A DNA stretch of 64,000 nt. Source: Azolla caroliniana. Lineage: Eukaryota > Plantae > Polypodiophyta. Shown one piece after another: positions 42,970 to 56,384 of this stretch. Location: the NCBI GenBank assembly GCA_043228905.1, contig JBHGNT010000009.1:4402001-4466000 (forward strand), read 5' to 3'. Both the position numbers and the translations under genes were made by a program. Within the stretch, counting starts at the first letter, position 1. The number at the start of each line of letters is the position of its first letter. Under the pieces are notes generated by a model. That model worked only from the letters and a program-made list of their open reading frames with translations, made no database searches and was not told the DNA's origin.

Positions 42970-44813
42970 GGTTGTCAATAATAACCAGAGGGAGATAAAA
43001 CAATGAATTCAGAATCTAAACATAATAACTATAATTAAAATGATCAATCATTTTAATCCCTCTGTTTTCAGAATTTGTAACGTTAAGAGACCCAAAAAAT
43101 AAAATGCATGAGGAATTAGAATGCCAAGAGTTTTCTGAGTAAATAATAATAATATTTTTATTATTATTAATGGCATTTAAATTCATCCCAATTTTATTCT
43201 AAATTTAACACTCCATTTGTGTATTTGTTTTCACCTGAATCAACATTTTAAATTTTGTTTCATGTTTCAGTCCTACAAAAACTAAATTAAATAAAATTGC
43301 GCAAGAAACTGTTAATGTAATTACTTATCTACAGAAAATTATGTTTTTTCTTCTAGGATTCTTACCGAGAGCGAAATAAATCGGTACGTATAAAACTACA
43401 GAAAACAGGGAGGCAGGAATTAGAAACAAATTTGATCGATTAAGTGAAATATAAGGTTAAATTAAGGGATAACCAATGAAATTACTAAGCTAACTATTAC
43501 TTAACGAACAATTAAATAAACTTTAATGATTAAAACAAAATAGACCGTCTACAAGCTTCACTTAACTTGTGGTTCCAACGTGACACATCAACATAAATAC
43601 TATATAAGAGCCACAGAAAAAAGAAAAGCAAAAAACTGAATAAAACTAATTTTAATTCATTAACTTGTTTTTATTTTTCTCCTTTCCTCGACTTATGTTT
43701 CGCCAAATATGACACAAGGATTCATTCGGGATTTCTGGTAAGGACGAGAAATTTGTGTTTGTGAGTTCACATGACAAGAATTGTCTTCCAGGGTTTTTCA
43801 TTTCCACTTTGATGATGATAAGGTGTAATTAAATGGCATGTCATGTTTGTAAGGGTTTTGGCAATGTGTACTCAATTTGTGTAATGTCTGCAATGGGACT
43901 GACATAAATCAAAGCCGGAACTGTAACGTTATGTACGCATATGTATGCTCATCCCATGTTGATGACACCATAAACTGACTGCACTCAAAGACGCACAGTT
44001 AGTATGGAAATCCTTTCATCGCTTGCTAATACCAAGCATACATTGCCAAACAATTCATTAAGTTTGATTGTCTCTCCCTACATGATAGTGAAGCATATTT
44101 GAACATGTCCGTCTTTGCATTTCATCCCCCTCTTTACAAACACCTTTCAATGCGCTGATCCTTCACCTTTTAACTTGTTTCTTTATCTCAATCTTATTTA
44201 AAACACTTCCAAGGAATGTTCAAAGACATCTATGTGGACCGTCAACTTCTAGATACACCCTTATATGTCTTTTTTATGCTAACAGTTAAGTATAATGGAA
44301 TTTGAGCATTTTAAATTCTGCAGATTTAACTTTGATGCAGCTTTTCCACACATTTAATCCTAACATTAGGGAGCTTCACCAATTGTTGTTATTGACCTGT
44401 TCATCCCAGCATCATTATCCTACAATTTTATTTTGATGCAATGTATTTTCCTAAGAAAACAAATGCTTGTTTAAACATTCATATACAATAAGCATGTTCA
44501 AATGAGTTTCTCGTTTCCGAAGAGTTGATAAATATGTTAATCTAGATATTTTTAAGTTACTTGACATACTCTAACAAATTGACACCTGGACCAATTTGGT
44601 GAGCATTTCACTGAGGTCCATTCCAAGTTTACGCCAACTGAGATAGACAATGAAACAAGAGTAATATTGAAGGAAACATAAAGCCTTACAACAAAGTACA
44701 GATAGTTTCTAACAAAATAATCCATTCAGCTATCTGGGCAAATACTACAAATGAGGTTCAAAACCATTGGTAACAACAATGGAACAATGGAACAATGGAA
44801 ACATTGAATCCTT

Positions 44814-47800
44814 TCAGATATCCTGCTGATCCAAGGTCTGCGGTTGTACGATCATGTCCATCGAACTGTTAGATTCAGGTATGGGTTCTAATGATCGACA
44901 CTGCAAACGAACACTATCTCCATTGTCCGACATTTTGAGCAAATACCTAGCACATCAAAATAAAATGAAATGACATAATCTAAATAATAAATGCCATCAA
45001 AACTACATTAAAAGTTTACACCAAGTAGACTAAAATTTGATGTAAACTAGATAAAATAAAATACTCTAAATTAAATGAAAACATTACGATATAAATAGAA
45101 GAATAATGCAATATAAATGAGAACATTACGTCATTAAAAAGCAAGTCCTAATTTATATATTATAGCAGAATTACCACCCATTGGGCGTTTTCGATGTTAC
45201 AACCGCTTCTCTTCCTACCAGTTTTTCCGGCGTTCTCTTATTTCCCTGCACCCATGGGAGAGAGATTTCTTAGGATATGATTTCTTAAGAGTGGACGACT
45301 CTAAAACTTTGGATAAGACACTCCAAGATAATATTTGTTTACCTTAATGAGCACCTTCTCATTCACAGTAAATGGGTACTGTACTCCCCCAACGTGCTCA
45401 GAGATAACATCGTTCTTTAATGAAGAACGCCGCCTCCTTCGAACCTGCCAAAGGATTATTTCAAAGAACATGTTCTAAAAATCCATCATAAATAATGTTT
45501 TGAATATCTATCATCAAATATAATGTTCAAGTATAAAGTTTCAAACATCTACCAAATATAATGATTAACCACCTATGAAAATGTGCTGTTTTAAATATAC
45601 ATAGACCAGCAAGATGACTGCCTACCTTCAGTGTTTTTACAGTTTTTAAAGTTTTTAGCCTCTCCCCATTCTCTCGTAAATCCTTCCTTCTCTTTCGGGA
45701 ACCAATTTGTCTCTTTCGTGTCTTTGCTATTTTACTGTATGCTAGGGCAGCAGCTCGTAATGCTGGAAAAGGAGCAAGGATAAGTCATTAGAAGAAAATC
45801 TCTGTACTTTAAATACAAATGGGTTATCCAAGATTAATAATTTGGAAAATGTTCTCTTGTAGGGAAATAATTGTGCAAAATTTTTACCCAAGTTGGGAAT
45901 CATGGACTCCACATGAACAGCAGCCCCACAAGATGTACATATTCTCTGCAAAATCAGATGTAATTGATCTGTCTCTTATATTCGATGCCAGATCTAAAAT
46001 TGGTTTCATTGTTTATATTGGCTTCCTGAAGATATTAATACTCCATTTCATTTCATTCAACCGTGCCCTCCCAATACACCATAAGCCCCATTATCAAAGA
46101 AAACGAAATGTAACATTGTGCTCATGTCAGACTCACTGGAGGAACCTTAAAGCAACCTCAAAGAATTGTAACCATTCTGTTGTGATTGAGACATTAAAGT
46201 CGAGCTAGGGAGGACCAACATTACTGTCTTTATCAAAAATTCTTCCCCTTGGATCAGCAAACTTCATTTAGAGCTTTCCTACATGGGAGTTTGTTTATAT
46301 TGTGCCCATATGTGTATGCTTCAGGGGTAGACTTAAAATTCAGGCCACTTCCAAGAACCTAAGTTTTGTTTTTCCCCTCTCAAGCTGCAAGCTATGATGA
46401 GAACAATAGTGTGGATTAAGTAAGAACACTTTGACTGTAGGTAGCAATTGTTCATAATTTGAAATGGACCTAGGTGGCAAGAGTCAAATTTGTGTGATTA
46501 GCAAGGTCCTCATATGGGGAGTTGGAATTTCCCTCATCCCTGGAAGTCATGGAATTTTGTTTCCTTGAGTAGTGTTTAAGAGCACAGGAACCCGGCCATG
46601 TTGAGGACCATTGATGAGGGATGATTCAGAAACACCATGATGTTTTTAATATGATATTCTCATCATCACATTTAGCTTGACTGTTAAAATGATATGTTTC
46701 ACATTTTTTAATTATTAAAATAATACATTAACAAGAAACCATACCGTCTCTTTCACTTTCTTTAAAGTTTCACCACCAAAAGTATGCCCGCAATCCGCTG
46801 CAGTATATGCATCCTCCAAGGTTGCCCCCCTACATTACAAGATTGCACACATTTCATGTGATATGAACAAATGATTTTATCTAGAAGAATGACATAAAGA
46901 AGGGTATATATAAGGCATAAGAAACAAAGCTGTAAATATGCGAAGTCAGATGTAGTTCTGTGAATATATAAGTCAAGCTGTAGAAATACACCACAAATCA
47001 GGAGGATAAATACAGACAGGGCAAGGGAGATTTTCAGACAGGACAAGGAATAAGGTAACAGTCAAAGGGCCGAGACAGGGTAGAGAATTAAAATACACTG
47101 GAAAAGTGGTGAGACTACTGTTTCTCCACTGTAATGTGTCCATTTCTAATGTGCATTTGACCCCAAGTACAGGCAGAGCAAGGGAAGCCTGAAAGGTTTC
47201 CCTTCTAGTTCAGACAATTACTCAAGCACAGTGATGCATCAACATTTCTTTCAGGTTTCATTTCCTCATTGAGAGTTTAATTCTCAATGACCATATTCTA
47301 TAATATTCTTGTCAAGGTTCCAGAATCTATATTACTCACAAAACTCTTTTCGGTTTGGAGTAGAGCGCCATAGTGAACACAAGATTATCCCAGGCGAGAG
47401 AAACACGAACGTAAACATTTGGACAGGATGCTTTTGAGATGTTAACTCTAAATCGTCTTGGATAGTCTCTCTGCACCAGATCATGGTTTAAAAAACGACC
47501 CAATAATCTTTATTGATAATAATACATGACTATAGTAAGTAGTGCAACTCTTCTCTCAAGATCTAAAGAGAGAACCAAATACCTTATGAGGGAACTCCGG
47601 TGATTGAATGCATGAATGAATGCGCAATGCAGGAGGGATTTCAAAACAGCAAATTCAGACATACGAACTCACAATGCTTGGGGATGGAACTCCATAAAGG
47701 AGACAATCAAAGATAAGGAAAAATATACGAAATAACCCAAGTTTAATGAAACGTGGAAACAGCGATAGGAAAAATTGTAGTAACAGCAGAAGACTGCAGG

Positions 47801-50800
47801 GTAAGATATGTTTCCAGGTTCGAAATGAATGTATAAACACATATAGGCATTTAAGTTTGGAAGAAAAGAAGGTGATTGTGATGTATGCTAGATTATGTAT
47901 GCTGTTATTGGACTGAATTCAATTCGCACTGATTCTTGGTGGTGATCTTTCTTTACATATTTTGCTACTTCAAAATTGAAGTGAACCTTTTGTTAATAAG
48001 TTTTATAAGTATCCTGTTTTTAAACTCGTAATATAGGAACTTTATAGTTTTTTAATATTACAGGAAGCCATAAGAGCTACACATTTCCAGCAATACAAAA
48101 GTCCTTTCATACAAGTTGAAATATCGTAATGAACAAATAGCTAGAATTACAAAGACTCTAGGCCTGTTTCTAAAGCTGCAATTAAAGGGGAAGGCCCCTT
48201 TTTCTTATCAAGATTCATTTTGCATTTCTATCCTCTGAATCAGTTATTCAGATAGCCTTACATAAGTTCATTACTGCCACAATGGAATGAGTTTTAGCTC
48301 TGTTTCTACTTTTTCCCATATGCATGCTTTGTTCTTAAAGTTGCTCTTTTCGTCAAATACATTAACACTGAAATGTAGTTTTGTAATACTCCTAGATCAG
48401 TAAAGCTTATTTGAGCACTTCTGCTAAATCTTCTAATATCTTTCAAACAGTCCGTTATGTACACCTTAGCACAGATTTATGAAGAACAATCAAATATTCA
48501 TAAAAAGAAAATATGACCACTTGAAACAACACTTACGTCAGAGTATCACTTAAGAGATTTCTCAAGGTCTCTTCGGTACTATCATGTCGCTTTCTTTCCT
48601 AAAAAAATTGAGCCATCATCAATTAAGGGAAATAGAATACTCGTTCAATATTCTAACTAGCATACAAACAAGATCCTTTTCTCTTCATGGTACAATACCA
48701 AAGTAATTTACCTTAGAAGCCATTGCTCTCATCCCAGCTCCAACATCTAATACACTCATGTCCTCAAGAAGCTTTGAAAACAGTATGGGACCAAACTCTT
48801 GAGATACACTATGCCCAGCCTCTCTCATCATAGAGCCATCCAATATTGCATCAGCACGTGGCATGAGACGAAACATCAGCGAAACTCTGTAGTTTGTTGA
48901 AAGCCAACGAAATAAACAACACACTTTGTAGTATCATATATATTTATTTTCAAGAAAATTTTAGGAAGTTCAGAAAAGTACACGTTCACAAATCCTAGCT
49001 TTAGATTCTAACTAACCTCCTACTGGAGCCAGGAACACTTGAAAATGACAGTGGAGTTACACGATATCCACATGCATAACACAATCCTGCAGTCATGTAT
49101 TGGAGACCCTTCCCAGTCAGAAGTAAGAGGTCCCCTTTCTGTAATCCAATATCTGCTAGGTACCAAAGCCCATTTGTATCACAAACCTGAAATACATCAA
49201 TTTTGTTGATTAAAAAACTTCTTGGACTTGAACTTCAGAGAAGGTATTCACAACAGAAGTATGAATCAAACATCCCCGTTAAAGATTATGAAGTTTTTGA
49301 GTGCCTTATTTAGACTTGGTAATTAGAAAAAGGAAATGCTTTTAAATTGTAACAAATGCCTCTAAAAACAAGACGAACCACAATGCATGAGCATTATAGC
49401 AGATAAATGACCGCCAAAGTTATGGTAGAAAACCCAATAGATAGGCAGGGGTTTAAGGTATTAGATAGTGCCTGAAACAACTACAATGGAAAATAACAAT
49501 TGGGTGCACAGGATATCAAATGCAGCAAGGCATGGAAAAAAAACAAAGCAGAAACTAAGAACAGAACAAAATTAGGTTTGGCATCCATTCTACTCTAAAC
49601 ATGACTTCACACTGATTAAAGAAGAAAATTTTGGCTTCATCTTCACCCTACAATTATTCATTGTCAAAAAGAGATATATTCTTTCACTTACCGTTCAAAT
49701 CCCTCAAATAACCCTGAGAAAGAAAAAACAAAATTAATCAATATTACCTGCAAACCAGGGGAGTCGGATGTGATCAATGTAAGGAAACCATCCTCAAACT
49801 CCTGTTGACACCCATCATCACTCAGAGACGATTTTCCAACTGGTGTAGAGTTGCGAAAGTGTGTTGCAACTAAAACAGATTCAGAGGACTCATTGCTTCG
49901 AAGTGGACAATCATCCAAGAGAGAGTAGAATGCACTGCCAAAACATTATACATGCTAAACTATGAAAACCAACACAGCCATACAAAATCATGTAAAAGAA
50001 TTTATTACCTGAATCAAAAAGAAAAGCCAGTTGAGCCCAAGACAGCTTACTCGCTTCGAAGTTGAAAATGTCTGCAGATTGCTCCAAGTGTGATTCGTGA
50101 TGCTTTACCCATACATCGAAAAATCTCTTCCATACAAGGCGGACACTCTGCATCTACAGAATTTCTGAAATCCACCAAAAAACTCTTAATCTCTTCACCA
50201 CTCCTCTCTCTCTCACATGTTTCTTTCTCCATCTTAGGTTTTCTTATTGCATTTTAGGATCTCTGTGTTTTTAGGATTTCTTGCTGTGCTTTAGATTTTC
50301 TTGATACATTTTAGAGCTGCAGTGTTTAGGGTTACTTGCTGTGCTTCAGATTTTCTTGATACATTTTAGAGCTGTAACATGTTAGGGTTTCTTGCTGTGC
50401 TTTAGCATTTTCTCTTGCTTCCTTTCAAGGTTTTGTTAACATTTCACTTTAGGGATTCTTTCTTGTCTGTATTTAATCTTCTTTGTTAGGTTTATTCCAT
50501 TTTGGCAGTAATTTTTTACTCTAAAAAATGTAAGAAACACAATTGATTGGTAGCAATTTGGGAAGGTTCAAAATCGCAATAGATGGGTATGTCAGCACTT
50601 TATCTATGCCCGTGAAACCTTGATCCCACTGCTTGCATACATCTTTAATAGACCTATATGTGAAGGCTACCCAACTGGTGAGATAGAACATATGATTGTG
50701 CCAATCTTCAAGAGAGGAGACCCCATGATGCCACGCAATTATAGGACAATCAGAATGCGCATATCACGGGCAGAGCCCACAAAAAGAGGACCATCGCTGC

Positions 50801-53800
50801 TTGATGGATTCCTAGAAATCCTTCAACACTATCTCACCCTTAGATCATGCAGCGGCTAGAGGCCCTTAGGATCCCTATAGATATGCAATGGGAACCAATA
50901 TATTCTCCCTCTCCTCCTCTCCAAGTGAGATGAAAAATATATACATGATAAAGTCATAGGTTGATGTATGTGATGGGATGTTGTATCTAACTCACCTATT
51001 ATGCATGCGATGAATTAATAGAAGCATGTAGAGAGCATTGATGTCCAAGAATTGAAAGAACGTGAATGTCGATCAAAGAACATTGTCATCTGCAAAATTG
51101 AAGAGGAGAGTATGGAAACAATTGCATCCCTCGGAAAGGTATTTGGTGAATTCTTTAGTATGCATTATGGTATGTCAGATATGAATGTGTATAGGAAACA
51201 CGGTGTTGCTTATTCAGGAGAAAGGCCTATTGTATGTTCAATGGCAGACAATAGAAAGGGAAGCATCGCACTCAAAAACAATTGGGTGTACATCAGAGGC
51301 GCACAATGTTTTGTGAGTGAAGATCATACTATCTCACAACAAAAAGCCCATAGTAAAGCATATGAAGAGAAATTGAAAAATAAAGTTAAGGATGTGCCTA
51401 AAGATGTGATCGATGGCACTAATTTATGTCTTCTGTGACTATGCTTTTGGAATTGTAATGGATAGCCATGGAATGCGGGTATTTGCAATACATGAGTTCA
51501 CCAATGAATCAGATATCATATTTCTTGTTGAAACATGGGAGCGTGACCTCAAAATTCAAGGTTTAGGCAATTACAACATAGACTCTTTCATATGGGTAAA
51601 AATTACAAGAAAACGAAGAGGACAAGGAGTGGCATGTTTGATTAAGAGGGAACTAGAGAAATATGTGTCGATCATAAAAAATGATGAACATAAATGCTAC
51701 ATATGGCTCAAAATAGAAACAGCAAATGATATGCCCATTTGTGTAGCTGGATGCTACATTCCTCATCAAGATTCATGTGCAACAATCTTTCATGCAACAT
51801 ATCTTGAGGATGTAAGAGGATACACAAATTTATAATCACTCTTCTATCAATGAAAAAGATCCAGATCAATTTGGGAAGTTACTTGCATACACAAATTCTC
51901 AGTTGGTAACTGGACACATGAATCCGATCATAGGACTTTATGTATTGCCTTCGAATGTATGAATATGTTTGATTGTGAAAAGGCAATTGAAGATCATAAA
52001 CAATCGCATGTGCGGATGAACCTTAAAAGAGCGCCCATGTATTCCAAGATGGTTAAGGATATGTTCCAAACTTGGTATGATGAGGAATGTCATGATACAA
52101 GAATATGCTTGCAATGCAGAGTAACTCAGAGGATTTATACATGCAAACAAGCAAAATCAACCTTCCAACGGTTGTTCAACCTATATAGATATTGGTGCTA
52201 AAGAGAGTATATAGATACATTACAAAAGGTCAAGATATGCCAAACCATAGATTATCACATCTTGCTTGGAATGTTGGATGTAAACTACAAAAGAATCACA
52301 AGAGAAAAATTCTCTCATCCATTTGGGTAGTTGACATCAAAAAATGGTTCAAAAGATGGGACGTGGAAGATCTCCTAGAGCTTTTAAGTGATGCTACGAA
52401 AAATGTAGTTATTGCGGAAAGATTAATGGACCCACAAAGGAAGAAGTGAAAAGATGCTAAAAGAACAAAATTAGAATATTAAATCGCAAACAGCAATCCT
52501 GAATGTTGGGTTCTATTATCTATATAAGGCAAGAAGGTCCATTGATTGTATTCAACCTTACCTCATTACTAGCATGAGTATTAACTCTCATAGAGCCCTA
52601 AAACTCCTTCGTAGTCGATCACACAAACTAGGTATTGAAGTTACATTATGGAATCAAAATCACCCAAATATGAAGGCATGTAAGATTGTCAAGGAAGGGC
52701 TAGAAGAGGATAAGTATCACTTGCTCTTTACATGGTCTGCATATAGTGCAATTCGTGAAAGCTATGATGATATATTAGGAGGGGGTGATGACTTGAGTTT
52801 CACACTAAAGAGAACACCTAGAAGGCTGAGCTCATATGTGTATGCCTTATTCACACATCGAGACTTGGTGCTTCAAAGTATGAATATCTCTTCTTAGGAA
52901 GGAGACACGCATCAAGATAACTTTTGTACTTGGGTCATATGGGTCAATATTGGTCTCTCTATAGATGCTAAAAATATCTATCTATCTCAGGTAGTTGGCT
53001 TGGTGGTTTACATCATAGCATCAAAGTTATAAAATTGCGAGAACCCAAGCTTGATCCTCACTATAGACTAGACCCCATCTCATATACTGCAATTGATCTC
53101 TCATGGACATTAAAAGATATTTATCTATCTCTCTGTAGAAGTATTAAGAAATTTTTTCTATAATAAAATACCTCAAAGCAAACAATTGGAACACCAAGAT
53201 AATGTTATCTATCTCTCTCTAGAAGCACTAAGACTTTTTTCTATAACAAAATGCCTCAAAGCAAATAATTGGAATACCAAGGTAATGGTGTTTAAACAAC
53301 CCACTTGCATGGGTTTCTAAACAAGAACCTCAATTCACTATTGATGCAGAGCAAGTGGAGATGCAAATCTGTGTGTATCTATCAAATAGAAATCCTATTT
53401 AAGAGACCATGAATCTCCATGAAAAAAAAACAGGGACAAACCTATAAGGTAGTCATGCACGCATGGATCTTTAGAAAAGACAATATGCTCAAAATACTAT
53501 CTCAAGGACTGTTCCACAGAACACAAGTTTGGGGACTAGGTTGTGCTACACAAGAAAAGGTCCAAAGAGAAACGTCTATGATAGTTTGCGACCCCTGGGA
53601 AGACGTTTAGTATTGATGATCGCACAAATTATTAGGATCAAGACATCAATACCCCACGAAATAAGGAGTATGACTAGGAGCTACAGAAACCAGCTTAATC
53701 AATGGTATTACTAGTACCAAACATAAGCAAAAATATTATTTTTAACCAGACTACATAAAATTTCAACTCTCTTCCCTGCAATGGTACTAATGCTAATATC

Positions 53801-54316
53801 AAATCTAAGAAAAAGTACTGCTTTTAAACCAATTATATACATTTTAGAGACGCACCTTCTTCCTGCTCTGTATTGGTATGATTCTCTCCCATTTTCATCA
53901 ATGTAAGTGGCCAAAAATTTATGGTCCAAATCCGGGTTCAAACTCGAAACATGAGATTCTGAAACAAGAGACTGGTTCCGATTCCCATCAACATTCAGGT
54001 TCTGATTCCGGAAATAAATCTTTGCCGATTCGAGGCCACATCTAATAAGAGCAGAATCTTCTGAATTTAGCTCGATAATGGCTGCACCATGTCTAGAAAG
54101 GCAACCAGAAAGTTCTTCTACAGCTTTCATATATGCATCTGATGGGGTTCCATATTCAGGAAGTATATCTAGAAGCTTAATTCTAGTTAAAGAACTTGCA
54201 GGTTCAAGTGACGATGATAAAGGGTAACACGATTTGAACTCCGTTTCTGCCTTTTTGCTGTTAGATAGAGGGATGGTGAAGCTTCTTTCAGGGTGTTGTA
54301 ATCCGATCACAGACAT
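44814..54316 (-). CDS. 2OG-Fe(II) oxygenase-like fold + U-box + PUB62/63-type C-terminal domain protein (At3g19895-like). Predicted exons 54316-53856, 50164-50051, 49934-49748, 49186-49017, 48886-48712, 48598-48537, 46829-46745, 45945-45888, 45762-45626, 45444-45343, 45245-45175, 44946-44814
   Basis: RIKLLDILPEYGTPSDAY...LSRHGAAIIEL; PPCMEEIFRCMGKA; GFLTLITSDSPGLQVCD..G.W; U-box LRNLLSDTLTGATLEDA...CGHTFG...CTSCG...MIPNLALRAAA; C-terminal GVQYPFTVNEKVLIKGNKRTPEKLVGREAVVTS...GWYL...VRLQCRSL. All junctions are GT-AG and in phase. Confidence 0.88.
50235..50405. repeat. About 57-bp tandem repeat, ~3 copies, at the 3' end of intron 1
   Basis: Repeated CTTGCTGTGCTT(T/C)AGATTTTCTTGATACATTTTAGAGCTG. 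Confidence 0.7.
50560..52988 (+). mobile_element. Rearranged, internally deleted LINE in intron 1, antisense to the host gene (RT fragment, ORF1, APE endonuclease, ORF2 C-terminus, (TATC)n tail)
   Basis: LIPLLAYIFN...IVPIFKRGDPMMPRNYRTI (RT N-terminal region); RSKNIVI..IEE (ORF1); DIIFLVETW...GQGVACLI...YIWLKI...GCYIP (APE); RSHKLGIE...EDKYHLLF (C-terminal domain). Confidence 0.8.
52989..53134 (+). mobile_element. Candidate tRNA-derived SINE with a LINE-like 3' tail
   Basis: A-box-like TGGCTTGGTGG at 52996, degenerate B-box AAGCTTGATCC at 53047, and a 3' end similar to the 3' end of the adjacent LINE. Confidence 0.45.
53123..53288. repeat. About 83-bp tandem duplication
   Basis: TATCTATCTCTCT.TAGAAG...CCTCAAAGCAAA.AATTGGAA.ACCAAG.TAATG occurs twice. 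Confidence 0.8.
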
Positions 54317-54389
54317 GCTTCTGATCAGATCTGAACTGTGAACCTTAGAAGAAGAAGCTTGAATTTTTGTATGTCTATTTGGTTTTTAA

Positions 54390-55001
54390 GGGCTAGGGTT
54401 TCAATTCGTGTGTCTGCTTCGTTTAGGTATGGATGGGGCTCCCATACACAAAAAACTGCTGTTTGTTTCTTCTCGGGGTTAGGGTTAGACGCACGAAAAT
54501 TTCGTTGTCTACTCTTTCTAGGGTTAGGGTTAGGGTTAGGGTTTTCAATTTTGGTGTATAGTCTTCTTGTTTTCAGGATTAGGGCGACACCAAGATGCCT
54601 GTCTGTCTAGGGTTGTTGTTTCCCGGTTTGGTAAAGAAAAAAAATTGAAGGTAAGTTGTGGCCTAAAAGAAGCGAATCGGGCAGTTGTTTAGGGTTTGGG
54701 CGGACATAGCTCGTCCATATGATCCCAAGAAGATATTTGGGCACTAACTGGTTGATTAGGGTTTGAGGAGGGCCACATGAGGTGAGCCCATCCGAGAGCG
54801 AGAGACACAACACTCACATGTCCCCGATCTCAGGCAGTTAGTTGTTTAGGGTTTGGGCGGACGTAGCTCGTCCATATGATCCCAAGAAGATAATTGGGCA
54901 CTGACTTGTTGATTAGGGTTTGGGGAGGCGCCGCATGAGGTGAGACCATCCGAGAGAGAGCGAGAGAGAGCGAGACACGACACTCACATGTCCCCGATCT
55001 C
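54390..55001 (-). promoter_or_regulatory. 5' UTR/promoter of the U-box gene, with telo-box-like (A)AACCCTA repeats and a ~155-170-bp tandem duplication (54680-54832 / 54833-55001)
   Basis: TAGGGTTAGGGTTAGGGTTAGGGTTT at ~54519-54544 and further TTAGGGTTT copies. The duplicated unit runs GGCAGTT...CACATGTCCCCGATCTCA. Confidence 0.55.
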
Positions 55002-55194
55002 ACGCAACAGTGATATAGATATACCATGCATTATCTCATTAGCATTCGATCCGTCCTTCCACGTTCGAATCCTTTGCTTTATGTGGACGTACGTGCGTCC
55101 GACTCACCAGACCATGCAAGGATTCATAACATGCAATGGCCTAATAAATAGCGTGGAAACCCAAACTCTCTCCATTCATAGAACTTGGTTCTAG

Positions 55195-55837
55195 TATCGT
55201 GTTGCCCACCACACACAATGTAAAACTAATTATCTATTTTAAAATGATATTTTAGAGAATGTAAATATTGTTACAAATTATATATAGAAATATGTATGAG
55301 GGAGTTTTAAACATTCGACCTCAATATGTATATGAACATACGTGATTGCCACTAGGGTAGCTTACTTAATAATCATAACTCATTGTTATATCGTAACACG
55401 AGACTGTTGGAAAAAACGATATGCACAAAACCATGGGTTAAGAATCAAGACCATGGTTTTTGTGCATGAATAACCCATTGTTTTCCATACATAAAAATGA
55501 TGAAAAGTACATTGAATCTAAATAAGATTCTGTTGCGAGAGATGCACTATATAAATGTGTGATTCGAATGTAATAGGGAATCATATATTTCCTATCACAA
55601 AAACCTCAAGGATAAACCGTACAAGGGTTCGACACATGTCCAGGGTCAAAGAGCATGATGCTCTGAAACCCGACATTGTAACCTCTCCTTATTCATTGAT
55701 ATGATTCATATTTTCTATTGTTGATCTCATCTTGCGTAGATCTATGTATGAGATTTCATATTCACCAACAAAGTTATACCCACCTAGCAAATAGATGCAC
55801 TATGCTTGTCTGCCCACACTACACAATTGTCACGACA
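55195..55837 (+). mobile_element. Degenerate LTR, T(A/G)TCGTG...CACGACA family
   Basis: Terminal inverted motifs, CTATATAAAT TATA box, an inverted homologue at 56385-56702, and TTGGTGAC (possible decayed PBS) just downstream. No TSD. Confidence 0.5.
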
Positions 55838-56384
55838 TAAATTTGGTGACAACATGAAATGAAAATGCAATCATCAATTTGGAGGCCAATATGAGAATCT
55901 CTAAATCTCTTGAAACCGTCATCTCCACCCGCAACATTTCACGTCAGCTTTACCATTATTTATGTTGTGATAATCATGTTGTATGTATAGACAAGCACGG
56001 GGCCTTGATTTGCCATGTTGTATCTAACTCACCTATTATGCTTTCTCGAACCCTAGTATGGTTTTTTTCCCAAAAAAGAATAGTTTAGAAAAGCCATATT
56101 GGCAACAACATATAAAGTCGGTAGAAAAGAAGCTAAGTTATTTACAAAACTCTATTATGAAAGTCTGTGGCCAACCATAGATCCTTCCCTTAACAAGCTA
56201 AGGAGATGGATCTAAAGAAGTAGAGAAAAACCAACAAGAAGGAGAAAACTACCATATCAGCTTACCATCTACCAACTGAAAAACTCAATAGAACTCCAAA
56301 GCTTCCAAAAAGCAAATTGTATAACAATGTAGAATCCATATGTGTAAGAATACTATCATATTCAACTTGTAATGAGCTCACCTA

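Noticed and set aside
54519-54544. Interstitial telomere made of TTAGGG repeats
   Set aside because: Only about 4 units in a 5' UTR/promoter context; better explained as telo-box-like motifs.
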